Shown here: positions 19,945 through 29,532 of the stretch, piece by piece | How the letters are laid out: every line of letters begins with the position of its first letter | Position numbering within the stretch: the first letter of the stretch is position 1 | Assembly (NCBI GenBank): GCA_965283655.1 | Contig: CBDIPJ010000001.1 | Span: 114,987-178,986 of the forward strand | Length of the DNA: 64,000 bases | Source: Limisphaerales bacterium | GTDB lineage: Bacteria > Verrucomicrobiota > Verrucomicrobiia > Limisphaerales > UBA9464 | Direction of reading: 5' to 3' | Made by a program: the position numbers and the translations under genes | Notes under the pieces: generated by a model | Database searches by the model: none | What the model was told of the DNA's origin: nothing | Seen by the model: the letters and a program-made list of their open reading frames with translations, nothing else

Positions 19945-20126
19945 GGGGGAGGGAGTTCGAAGTTTTCAGTTTCAAGTTTCAAGCCGGTGGAACGCCGCGT
20001 GGGGGCACGCGGCCTACACCGTTCTGGCATCCGGAAACTTGGAACTCCTCCTGAAGGCCGGGTGCCCTCACCCGGCGAAATTCAGGCAGGCTTCAAACTT
20101 GAAACTTCAAACTTGAAACTCCCATC
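19945..20126. repeat. composite mosaic element filling the purH/pilin stop-to-stop gap
   Basis: Ends GGGAGTTCGAAGTTTTCAGTTTCAAG... and ...CTTCAAACTTGAAACTTCAAACTTGAAACTCCC are inverted heptad modules. REP-B at 19993-20017 (-, GTAGG head) and 20052-20077 (+). Confidence 0.8.
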
Positions 20127-20948
20127 TCACCTCGGCCGCGTGGCGGGCATCCGGTAGCCGGCGTGCCAGTTGTAGAACCACAGGCGCTCCAACGGCACCA
20201 ACTCGGCGTGACCATCCATCGCCGCCATGTTCACGCCACCGGGCAACTTCTCGCCCGGCGACAACCTTTTCGGGGCTGCCTTGCCCACGGGACCGGAACC
20301 ATGACGCCCGATCATGAACCGCCCCAACCCACCGGCGACCCCATCGCCCTCGTAGAGGTTCCGGGCTGGAATGTCGTTCGCCTCGGGCCATGAATCCACC
20401 CACATGCCGTCCCCGAACATGAAGCTCAGGGATGGCGTCTCGACGCTCGTCTCCTTGGTGAACGCCTTGGCCGGTTCAACGGGCGGCACCGAGTAAAACC
20501 ATGAATTGAAGCAGTACCCTCCCTGGAACCCACGCACGCCATTCGTCCGCCACAACCAGGTTTCGTCTGCCGTGCCATAATCCGCGTTCGCAGGATTCCG
20601 CGAAATGCGGCGGCGCGGCTCGGGAGCCATCGGACAGTACCGGATGAAATGAGCCTTCCCCTGATAGGCCAGCAGGCGGTTCATCCAGAGGCTTTGGGAC
20701 CCATCGTACGGCAGCATGACCCCGCGGTTGTCATCGAGGTACATGGTATGGGCGAGGCCCATCTGCTTCAGGTTCGACAGGCACTTGATCTGGTTCGCCT
20801 TCACCTTCGCCTTGCCAAGCGCCGGCAACAACATCCCCGCGAGGATCGCAATGATCGCGATCACGACCAGAAGCTCAATCAGGGTGAAAGCACTCCGTAC
20901 CTCCCCACGCGGGCTCCGATCCCAGTCACCACATCCAAGCCTGTTCAT
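20127..20948 (-). CDS. prepilin-type N-terminal cleavage/methylation domain protein (H-X9-DG-like class)
   Basis: [27 protein letters not shown]-terminus; C-terminal [15 protein letters not shown] motif. Confidence 0.8.
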   Translation of the reverse strand: MNRLGCGDWDRSPRGEVRSAFTLIELLVVIAIIAILAGMLLPALGKAKVKANQIKCLSNLKQMGLAHTMYLDDNRGVMLPYDGSQSLWMNRLLAYQGKAHFIRYCPMAPEPRRRISRNPANADYGTADETWLWRTNGVRGFQGGYCFNSWFYSVPPVEPAKAFTKETSVETPSLSFMFGDGMWVDSWPEANDIPARNLYEGDGVAGGLGRFMIGRHGSGPVGKAAPKRLSPGEKLPGGVNMAAMDGHAELVPLERLWFYNWHAGYRMPATRPR

Positions 20949-21102
20949 CTCCAACACCAAAGCCAACCCAGCGTCGCCGGGAAAGCTCAAATCTGGGGTC
21001 TGGACCAAGTGACTGATCTCCATCCCCTCCTCCTCCGGCTGGGGAAGGCCCCAACCTCCTTTCAAACTCCGACGTCCAGCCTCAGGATACGAGGCGTTTC
21101 CC

Positions 21103-23031
21103 TCACCTTCCCCCGCCCGCACCGGCCCCCACCGGCACAGCCTCCGGCCGCAACAGCTCCTTCAAGTTGTATTGGAAGTACCGGCAGTGCGCCGCCGGGG
21201 TCTCCCCGTCCGAATTCGCCACCCAGAAATCCAATGTGTCCGGTGCGAACAGCACGCTGTGGATGTTGGATTTCATGCAGACCGGACGCGTCATCAGATC
21301 CCGAGCCGTGGCCGCATCAAACGTCCCGTGCTGCGCCTTCACGCGCCGGACCAGTTCCTCGTACCGATCGCCCGCGCTCAGGAGCACCGCGTTCGGCACG
21401 GCGTGTGGCAAACGCTCATGGGATGCTCCCGGTTCCACCACCTCGAAGGTCGTCGGGGTCGCCGCAATTCCCACCGCCTTCCCCGTCTTCCCGTCGGCGA
21501 TCACGTAATAGTATTCACAAGTCCGAGGCCCCTTCCGGAGGATCGCGACGGCCTCGTCCAGCGTCGTCGCCGACTCCATCACCTCGCGCAGCAGTTGGGC
21601 CATCGGCTTTCCGTCCCACTGCCCCTCGCCGCGGCCGCCCATCTCGCCAATGCTGATGTGCTGGTCGTTCATCGCCGTCACCGTCCCCACGAACCCGGCG
21701 TAGCTCACGTTCGCCCACGCGTGCCCCACATCCGGCCGATACACGATCACGACCGCATTCGGCTCGAGTCCGATACCCTTCATGTAATCGAGTACCCGAC
21801 CGTGGAAGATCCGTCCTCCCGCCGTCGCGCCCGGCAGCAGTGCGTAACCCGAGCAATGGAACAGTTCCGGGAAGAAATTCGCCAACCGGACCTCCTCACG
21901 ATCCAGGTTGGCAGCCATGGCGATGGCATCCATCTCCCGGATGTACCGGGCGTCCGTGAATCGACCAATCCGCGTCTGGCATTGCTCGATCTCACCGAGA
22001 AACCACCGCCCCTTCTCAAAACTGCTGCCCACGCCCACCCCGTAGAGCACCCGCTCGACCAGATCACGCACCTCACGCCGGAGCAGTGTCCCATGTTGCT
22101 CTCCCATTTCCTCCGGCGTGCCTTCCAGGAACAGGACCCGCGTTCCATCGTGCAACTCCAGACGCCCGCGACCATGACGGGCCACCACCTGACGCCCCTC
22201 ACCCTTGCGCGACGGAGTTGCCTTGGTGGTCACAACCCGCAGTGCCGTCGGCAGGAATTTCTGCAGATGCGAGATCGCCACCGGTTCCACAACCACACCC
22301 TCGGGAACCTGCATCCGCCAGCGTTCCTCCGGCCAGGCCGTCTCCAGGCGCAGACCGCGCACCTGCACCACCACGTCCGTCTTCAACCCGTCCGAGTATC
22401 CGATCCGGATCGGCAACCCATCGGAAGGACGCAGGGCCAGCGTCAGCACCATCGGCCCGGTCTTGAGCATCGCCTGGGCCTCACGCGCCAAGGTTGCACG
22501 GATCACCCGACAGACCGAACCATCCACCGTCTCCCCAGGCATCTCCTCGGCACGGAACATCAGCGGGATCACCGCCAACTGTTCCGGCGGGACGGGCAAG
22601 GTGAGGGGCCCCAGCCGTGATGTGTCCTTCACGTCCGGCGCCGTCGAAAACCGGGCGCGCCCGGGTGCCCCGTGCACCCCGAATCGCTTTCCGGGTTGGA
22701 GGATCCAGAACTCATCCCCCAGTCGCCCGATCTCGAGCGCTTCCTTCTTCAGTGAGCCCGACACCTTCGCGCGATCGGGGAACTGGACCGCGCCCACCCA
22801 CTTCATTCCAGCCAGTTCGTCGGGCAAGCCCTGCGCCCGTACCACCTCCACGGTTCCGGACAAGGTTTGCTGGTTCGTCGGGTTGAACAGGGCCACCAAT
22901 TGGTTCACCGAATCCGTCAACTGGATCTGCGGGGGCTTGGCCACCCCGGCCGCCCCAACCGCCGCAATCCAGATCCAGGAAAGCAACAGCCACACCCCAC
23001 CGCTCCTCCATCGCGACGCCCCGGTGAACAT
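21103..23031 (-). CDS. secreted protein with LolA-like N-terminal region and C45-family (acyl-CoA:6-APA acyltransferase-like) peptidase domain
   Basis: TM/signal ([17 protein letters not shown]). [27 protein letters not shown] resembles the C45 autoprocessing site. ATG at 23031; the upstream MKLETLEG extension is repeat-derived. Confidence 0.65.
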   Translation of the reverse strand: MFTGASRWRSGGVWLLLSWIWIAAVGAAGVAKPPQIQLTDSVNQLVALFNPTNQQTLSGTVEVVRAQGLPDELAGMKWVGAVQFPDRAKVSGSLKKEALEIGRLGDEFWILQPGKRFGVHGAPGRARFSTAPDVKDTSRLGPLTLPVPPEQLAVIPLMFRAEEMPGETVDGSVCRVIRATLAREAQAMLKTGPMVLTLALRPSDGLPIRIGYSDGLKTDVVVQVRGLRLETAWPEERWRMQVPEGVVVEPVAISHLQKFLPTALRVVTTKATPSRKGEGRQVVARHGRGRLELHDGTRVLFLEGTPEEMGEQHGTLLRREVRDLVERVLYGVGVGSSFEKGRWFLGEIEQCQTRIGRFTDARYIREMDAIAMAANLDREEVRLANFFPELFHCSGYALLPGATAGGRIFHGRVLDYMKGIGLEPNAVVIVYRPDVGHAWANVSYAGFVGTVTAMNDQHISIGEMGGRGEGQWDGKPMAQLLREVMESATTLDEAVAILRKGPRTCEYYYVIADGKTGKAVGIAATPTTFEVVEPGASHERLPHAVPNAVLLSAGDRYEELVRRVKAQHGTFDAATARDLMTRPVCMKSNIHSVLFAPDTLDFWVANSDGETPAAHCRYFQYNLKELLRPEAVPVGAGAGGGR

Positions 23032-23055
23032 TCGCGGAAGACTACCGACCCATCC

Positions 23056-23245
23056 TTCGAGAGTTTCAAGTTTCAAGATTCAAGTTTGAAGACCACGACC
23101 CGCCGGATAAGGGCACCCACTGGAGGCCAGGTGCCCCCACCCGGCGCCATCCCTCATCCGACACGTGAGGACCCGTGGCCTTCAACGGGAGCACGCATCG
23201 CTTCAAACGTTGAAACTTCGATCTCCAAACTCTCCCTCCCCCACC
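23056..23245. repeat. mosaic repeat region (heptad modules + degenerate REP-B)
   Basis: GAGTTTCAAGTTTCAAGATTCAAGTTTGAAG (23056-23095), REP-B-like 23122-23146, heptad module 23199-23245. Confidence 0.7.
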
Positions 23246-23604
23246 CCACACAACCTGTGAGGGGCAACCCGACACGCTTTATACCAACGTGGGGTATTTT
23301 CCGGCAGCCTGACACCTTGCAGTCTGAAACCTTTTCCTAGATTTAGTTCCCGTCACCTGGGGGTGTGCAAGACTCCAAGGTGCGAAGAGGGGGATAGGGC
23401 TTCGAGAAACGGTCGACCACCGTGACCCGCAAGCATCACTCCAGAGGGCTTCAGGATCACTGCGTTGCAACAGTGCCCCGGTCGGCCCAAGGAGCAGATC
23501 CGGTCTAGGCCGGGCGTCCGGGCCTGCATCCGCAGGCTCAAGGGGACCCTTTGTCGCACCTCATAGGAAGTCTGCCTTTCAGGCGACCCAACACACGAGG
23601 TCCC

Positions 23605-26600
23605 ATGAAAACGCTGAAATCCATCCGGGCTGGACTGGCCCCGGGGCTCGCAGGAGCCCTAACCCTGCTGGCGCTGGCCGGCACCAGCACCAATGCTGCG
23701 CAGGTCTCCTACACCAGCACCCTCTCCATCAGGCCGACTGGTTGGACCAACACGGTGTCCCTACCCCAGTTTGATCCGGTCAACGGAACCCTCCTCGGGG
23801 TCACGCTCCGGGTCGACAGCACCTTCCGGAGCGTCTCCCGTGTCGAAAACACCACCCCTGTTCCGGCCCCGCAAACCGTTTCCGGTGCGCTCGGCTCCCT
23901 GGTGACCTTCAACCCGTCGGCCTTGCCCCTGATCTCGGTCGCTCCCGTGGTCAGGTTCACCAACAACCTGGCAGCCTACGACAGCCTCCCGGACTACGGC
24001 GGCAGCTCGGGTGTCTCGAACGCCCGACGCGTCGCCACGGCATCGGCCACGCAACCCCAGCTGCCTCCCTTCATCGATTTCGAAGGCACCGGCAATGTGA
24101 ACCTGACCCTGGCCGCCACGGCGACCGGCTTCTGCATCGGGCCCGCCAACTTCCTCCTGGCCGTCACCCCCGAGATGGGCGCGTCCGTCACGGTCATCTA
24201 TGATTACGAGGAACCGACGACCCCCACCGGCATCGGCGACTTCGTCTGGAATGACTTCAATGGAAACGGCGTTGCTGAACCCGGCGAACCCGGCCTCCCC
24301 GGCGTCACCGTCTCCCTGCTCGACGAGTTTGGCGTTCCCGTGGCCGGCATCTTCCCCACGGTCACCGATGCCAACGGCGCCTACAACTTCTCCGGAATGC
24401 CCGCCGGAAACTACTACGTCGTCATCGAGCCACCCGCCGGCTTCGTCCCCACCTATGACGTCGACGGCGTCGATGCCTCCAACTCCGCCCTGGTCAACAT
24501 CCTCGCCGGACAGTTCCGCGACGATGTCGACTTCGGCCTCGCCCAGCTGACCAGCACAGTCGGCGACCGCGTCTGGAACGACGCCAACGCCAACGGAATC
24601 CAGGACACCGACGAAACCGGCATCGCCGGCGTCACCGTCGACCTGAAGGACGCCACCGACGCGGTCATCGCCTCCACCTCCACGGATGCCAACGGCACCT
24701 ACGGCTTCTCCGGAATCGCTGCAGGCACCTACACCATCGCTGTCAGCGGCCTCCCCTCGGGCTACGTCGCCACCTTCGATGCCGACGGCCTTGGAACCCC
24801 GGCCACCACCTCCCTCTCCCTGAACGCCGGTGAGGTGATCGACACCATCGACTTCGGCTTCCAATCCCAGAACTCCGGTCTCGGTGACCGCGTCTGGCAG
24901 GACCGCAACGGAAACGGCGTCCAGGAATCGGGCGAACCCGGCCTCGCCGGCATCACCGTCGAACTCCGTTCGGCTTCCGACCTTTCCTTGATCGGTTCCG
25001 CCACCACCGACGCCACCGGCACCTACGGGTTCTCCGGCCTGCCTGCCGGCGATTACCTCGTCGTCGTCTCCGCTCCCGCCGGTTACCAACCGACACACGA
25101 TTTCGACGGCACCGGCTCCCCGAGCCAGACGCAGGTCCAACTCGCCAGCGATGAGGTCCGCAACGACGTCGACTTCGGTTACGCCGGCGGCACCCTGGGC
25201 GACCGTGTCTGGTCCGACGCCAATGCCGACGGCATCCAGGATTCCTCCGAATCCGGCATCCCCGGCGCAACGGTCACCCTTTCCACCGGTGCCACCACGA
25301 CCACCGATGCCAACGGTTACTACAGCTTCGGCGACCTTCCCGCTGGAACCTACACGATCAACGTGAGCGTGCCCGCCGGTTGGGTGGCCACCTTCGACAC
25401 CGACGGCATCGCTTCCGCCGGTTCCGCCATCGTGACCCTCGCCGCCGGGCAGACCCTCGACACCGTGGACTTCGGTTACCAGGAGCGCACCGCCAGCGTC
25501 GGCGACCGCGTCTGGCGCGATGACAACGGCGATGGAATCCAGGATGGCGGCGAACCCGGCCTCGAAGCCGTCGTCGTCGAACTCCGCAATGCCGCCGGTG
25601 ACATCCTGATCACCACCGCGACCACCGACGCCAACGGCTTCTACCAATTCTCCGACCTCGCCGCCGGCACCTACACCGTCTGCGCCATCCAGCCCAACCG
25701 CCACGTCCCGACCTTCGATGCCGACGGTTCCGCCGTCGCCAACTGCGCGGTCATCACCCTCGCCACCGGCGAGGCCCGCAATGACGCCGACTTCGGTTAC
25801 CAACCGCTCGGAACCATCGGTAACCTCGTCTGGCTCGACCTCGACGAAAGCGGGACCTTCGAAGCCGGCACCGAACCCGGCCTCGGTGGCGTCACCGTCA
25901 CCGTCTCCGGCACCGGCGGCACGTTCACGACCGTCACCGACGAGAACGGCGCCTACCTCTTCGACAGCCTGCCGCCCGGCACCTACACCGTCAGCGTCAC
26001 GCCTCCTGAAGGCGTCACCGCCGTGTACGACGTCGATGGCATCGCCACCCTCAATCTCGCCACCGTCACCCTCGCCGCCGGCGGCGAAGACCTCACCGTC
26101 GACTTCGGTTACAACGTCGGCGGCAATCTCCTCACCGCCGACATCTCCGGCCGCGTGTGGGATGACCTCGACGCCAACGGCATTCCGAACGGACCGGAAA
26201 CCGGCCTCCCCGGATTGCCCGTCGCGCTCGTCGACATGAACGGCATCGTGGTCGCCAGCCAGTTCACCGATGGCGCCGGATTCTACGCCTTCAACGCGAT
26301 TGCCGCCGGCACCTACCGCATCGCTGTCACCCCCGCCGCTTACTGGGGCCCGACCTTCGACATCGACGGCACCGGCACGCCCAACCAGGCCACCACCTCC
26401 GTCAATCCCGGCCAGGTCCTCAACGGCGTCGACTTCGGTTACCTCTACGCCCCTCCCGCCGGCAGCATCGGCGACCGCGTCTGGAACGACGCCAACGGCA
26501 ACGGAATCCAGGACCCCACGGAAACCGGTCTCGCCGACGTCTTCGTCGAGATCCGCGACGAACAGGGCACGTTCCTGACTTCCGCCACCACCGACGCCTC

Positions 26601-29199
26601 CGGGTACTACACCCTCTCCGACGTCGATGCCGGCGACTACGTCCTCTCGATCGTGCCCCCCGCCTACTACGAGGCGACCGGCGACCTCGACGGCGTCCTC
26701 ACCCCGAACATCGCCCTCGTCACCCTCGCCATCGGCCAGGAACGCACCGACGTCGACTTCGGACTGATCTACAACCCGCCGCCGGCCCTCGTCGGTGACC
26801 GCGTCTGGATCGATGAGAACTCCAACGGCGTCCAGGACCCCGGTGAATCCGGCCTCGCCGGCTTGACCGTCAACCTCCTCGACAACGCGGGCAGCATCGT
26901 TGCCACCGCCACCACCGATGGCGTCGGCGCCTATGCCTTCAGCGGCCTGCAGGCCGGAAGCTACACCGTCGCCGTCGCCTCGCCCCTCTACTACATCCCG
27001 ACGTTCGACTTCGACGGCATCGCCACCACGAACGCCGCCACCCTCACCCTCTCCATCGGTGAGACCAACACGACTGTCGACTTCGGCTTCGTCTACGCCC
27101 CGCCCCTCGGCCACATCGGTGACCGCGTCTGGATCGATGCGAATGCCGACGGCATCCAGGATCTCGCCGAAGCCGGCATGACGAACATCACCGTCACCCT
27201 CCGCGACGGCACCGGCCAGATCAGCGCCACCACCACGACCGACAGCACCGGCTACTACCACTTCAGCGGTCTCGCCGCCGGCAACTACTCCGTCGCCGTC
27301 ACCGTGGCCACCAACGCCCTCCCGACCTTCGACCTCGACGGCATCGCCACGACGAACGTCGCCGCCGTCACCCTCGCCATCGGTGAAGACAAGGACGACG
27401 TCGACTTCGGATTCCAGATCATCCTGCCGCCCGCCCTCGCCAGCATCGGTGACCGCGTCTGGATCGACAACGGCAATGGCCTCTTCGAACCCGGCGAGAA
27501 CGGCCTCACCAACGCGATCGTTGTGCTCCGCAACCTCCAGGGCACGCCCATCGCCACCAACATCGTCGGCGCCAACGGGGCCTACCTGTTCGAAGAACTC
27601 GAACCGGGCACCTACACCGTCACCGTCACGCCGCCCGCAAATTACTTCGCGACCTACGACCTCGACGGCCTCACCACGCCGGACAATACCACCGTCACTG
27701 TCGAGTACGGCGATGACCGTCGCGATGTCGACTTCGCCTACGCCTTCGTCGCTCCCGATCCCATGATCGGCCGCATCGGCGATCGCGTCTGGCTCGACGC
27801 CAACGGAAACGGCATCGCCGAATCGATCGAGACCGGCATCGCCGGGGTCACCGTCCGACTCCTCTCCCCCGCGGGAACGCAGCTCGACGTTGCCACCACC
27901 GACAGCACCGGATTCTACGAATTCGTCAACCTGGCCGGCGGCACCTACCAGGTCGTCGTGACCCCACCCGCCGGATTCTCGCCGACCTCCGACGCTGACG
28001 GCGTCGCCACGGCCAACTCCGCCGTCGTCATCCTCCCGGGTGGAGTCGAGATGCTCGACATCGACTTCGGCTACCTCCCGCCCGCCTTCGCCTGCATCGG
28101 TGACCGGGTGTGGATCGATGCCGACAGCAACGGAGTCCAGAACTCCTCCGAGGTCGGCCTCGCCAACGTCCGCGTCGTCCTCCTGAACTCGACGGGCACG
28201 CCGATCCGCACCAACACGACGTCCTCCACCGGCGCGTATCTCTTCAACAACGTTCCCGCCGGCACCTACACGGTGGTCGTCACGGCACCCGTCACGTTCG
28301 GGCCGACCTGGGACGTCGACGGCATCTCCACGCCGAACCGCAGCACGGTCACCGTCGCCGCCGGCGAAAACCGCCTGAACGTCGACTTCGGCTACGTCGC
28401 CTGCGCCGGCACCGGCCGCATCGGTGACCTCGTCTGGATCGACAGTGACGGAGATGGCACCCGCGACAGCAATGGTTGCCGCGGCACCGAGTCGGGCCTG
28501 CCCTGCGCCACCGTCCGGCTCTTCGATGCCAACGGATTCCTGATCGCAACCCGGCAAACCGACAACAATGGCCGTTACCAGTTCACCGGCCTCTTCGCCG
28601 GCCTCTACTCCGTGACGGTCACCCCGCCCTCCGGCTACACGCCGAGCTATGATCTCGACGGCCTCCTCACGCCCAACACCGCGACGCTCAGCCTCGCCAA
28701 TGGCCAGACCCGCAGCGACGTCGACTTCGGCTACATCCGCTACTGCCCGCGCATCACCACGGGCACCGGCTGCACGCCTGGCTTCTGGCGCAACCAGAAC
28801 GGCCAGTCACTCCTCCGTCCGTACGACTTCGCCGTCCTCACCTCGCTGAAGCTCGTCAATGACAACGGATCCGACCGCGACTTCACCTCGACCCTGAGCT
28901 CGAACAAGTCCGCCTTCGCCAGCTGGCTCCAGTCCAGCTCGGCCGTGAACATGTCCCGCCAGCTCTCGATCCATCTGGCGTGCTTCCAGCTCAACGTCCT
29001 CCACGGCTTCTACCAGCCGGGAACGTCCATCCCGACTCCGGGCATCGGCAGCGGTTCCATGACCGCCTCGAACCTGATCGCCGCGGCCAACGCTGCACTC
29101 ATCGCCGACGGCAACACACCGTCCGGTGACCCCAATCGCGCTTCTCAGGAAGTCCTGAAGAACGCCCTCGACGCCGCCAATCAGGCTGCCCGTCGATGA
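23605..29199 (+). CDS. giant secreted adhesin-like protein: N-terminal anchor-type domain + 14 SdrD-B/Cna-B-like repeats + Cys-containing C-terminal domain
   Basis: Signal peptide MKTLKSIRAGLAPGLAGALTLLALAGTSTNA. 14 units of about 105-115 aa, each starting G[DN][RLF]VW.D.[ND].[ND]G and containing TDANG.Y.F..L.AG.Y. Confidence 0.85.
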   Translation: MKTLKSIRAGLAPGLAGALTLLALAGTSTNAAQVSYTSTLSIRPTGWTNTVSLPQFDPVNGTLLGVTLRVDSTFRSVSRVENTTPVPAPQTVSGALGSLVTFNPSALPLISVAPVVRFTNNLAAYDSLPDYGGSSGVSNARRVATASATQPQLPPFIDFEGTGNVNLTLAATATGFCIGPANFLLAVTPEMGASVTVIYDYEEPTTPTGIGDFVWNDFNGNGVAEPGEPGLPGVTVSLLDEFGVPVAGIFPTVTDANGAYNFSGMPAGNYYVVIEPPAGFVPTYDVDGVDASNSALVNILAGQFRDDVDFGLAQLTSTVGDRVWNDANANGIQDTDETGIAGVTVDLKDATDAVIASTSTDANGTYGFSGIAAGTYTIAVSGLPSGYVATFDADGLGTPATTSLSLNAGEVIDTIDFGFQSQNSGLGDRVWQDRNGNGVQESGEPGLAGITVELRSASDLSLIGSATTDATGTYGFSGLPAGDYLVVVSAPAGYQPTHDFDGTGSPSQTQVQLASDEVRNDVDFGYAGGTLGDRVWSDANADGIQDSSESGIPGATVTLSTGATTTTDANGYYSFGDLPAGTYTINVSVPAGWVATFDTDGIASAGSAIVTLAAGQTLDTVDFGYQERTASVGDRVWRDDNGDGIQDGGEPGLEAVVVELRNAAGDILITTATTDANGFYQFSDLAAGTYTVCAIQPNRHVPTFDADGSAVANCAVITLATGEARNDADFGYQPLGTIGNLVWLDLDESGTFEAGTEPGLGGVTVTVSGTGGTFTTVTDENGAYLFDSLPPGTYTVSVTPPEGVTAVYDVDGIATLNLATVTLAAGGEDLTVDFGYNVGGNLLTADISGRVWDDLDANGIPNGPETGLPGLPVALVDMNGIVVASQFTDGAGFYAFNAIAAGTYRIAVTPAAYWGPTFDIDGTGTPNQATTSVNPGQVLNGVDFGYLYAPPAGSIGDRVWNDANGNGIQDPTETGLADVFVEIRDEQGTFLTSATTDASGYYTLSDVDAGDYVLSIVPPAYYEATGDLDGVLTPNIALVTLAIGQERTDVDFGLIYNPPPALVGDRVWIDENSNGVQDPGESGLAGLTVNLLDNAGSIVATATTDGVGAYAFSGLQAGSYTVAVASPLYYIPTFDFDGIATTNAATLTLSIGETNTTVDFGFVYAPPLGHIGDRVWIDANADGIQDLAEAGMTNITVTLRDGTGQISATTTTDSTGYYHFSGLAAGNYSVAVTVATNALPTFDLDGIATTNVAAVTLAIGEDKDDVDFGFQIILPPALASIGDRVWIDNGNGLFEPGENGLTNAIVVLRNLQGTPIATNIVGANGAYLFEELEPGTYTVTVTPPANYFATYDLDGLTTPDNTTVTVEYGDDRRDVDFAYAFVAPDPMIGRIGDRVWLDANGNGIAESIETGIAGVTVRLLSPAGTQLDVATTDSTGFYEFVNLAGGTYQVVVTPPAGFSPTSDADGVATANSAVVILPGGVEMLDIDFGYLPPAFACIGDRVWIDADSNGVQNSSEVGLANVRVVLLNSTGTPIRTNTTSSTGAYLFNNVPAGTYTVVVTAPVTFGPTWDVDGISTPNRSTVTVAAGENRLNVDFGYVACAGTGRIGDLVWIDSDGDGTRDSNGCRGTESGLPCATVRLFDANGFLIATRQTDNNGRYQFTGLFAGLYSVTVTPPSGYTPSYDLDGLLTPNTATLSLANGQTRSDVDFGYIRYCPRITTGTGCTPGFWRNQNGQSLLRPYDFAVLTSLKLVNDNGSDRDFTSTLSSNKSAFASWLQSSSAVNMSRQLSIHLACFQLNVLHGFYQPGTSIPTPGIGSGSMTASNLIAAANAALIADGNTPSGDPNRASQEVLKNALDAANQAARR

Positions 29200-29264
29200 C
29201 ACAAAACACGCTTTAGGCTGCGGCCAACCAAGCAGCCGTCCGCCGAAAGGCGGTCCCCCAACCA

Positions 29265-29300
29265 ACGCCCGGGAGTCTCCTCTCCCGGGCGTCTTTTTTT
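29265..29300 (+). terminator. rho-independent terminator of the giant adhesin gene
   Basis: ACGCCCGGGAG-tctcct-CTCCCGGGCGT followed by CTTTTTTT. Preceded by a small GNRA hairpin CCGCC-GAAA-GGCGG (29240-29253). Confidence 0.8.
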
Positions 29301-29302
29301 GT

Positions 29303-29502
29303 AAGTCCCCAGTTCCCAGCTCCCAGACGTAGCAGTCGACGTCAGGAGGCTGTGGAAGGAGTGCCAAGTTCGAAGTTTCAAGCCAACGTAGCAGTCGACG
29401 TCAGGAGGCTGTTCAACTGCCAACTCCCAACTGCCAACTCCCTTGAAGGCCGCGTGCCCCCACGCACATGGCTTGAAACTTGAAACTGAAAACTTCGAAC
29501 TC
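29303..29502. repeat. mosaic repeat region (2x REP-C, REP-B, heptad modules)
   Basis: REP-C at 29329-29352 and 29388-29411. (AACTGCC AACTCCC)x2 at 29413-29442. REP-B-like 29444-29467. CTTGAAACTTGAAACTGAAAACTTCGAACTC at 29471-29502. Confidence 0.85.
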
Positions 29503-29532
29503 GCGCCCCACTACCGTCACACTCCTCCACAC

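Noticed and set aside
29443-29532. In-frame N-terminal extensions beginning [10 protein letters not shown] / MKLETEILNL / MKLESENFEL / MKLETLEG on glnE, adh, waaC and the C45 peptidase gene.
   Set aside because: They are translations of the TTGAAACTTGAAACTGAAAAC heptad repeat from a TTG codon. The same peptide occurs before unrelated genes, so downstream starts were chosen.
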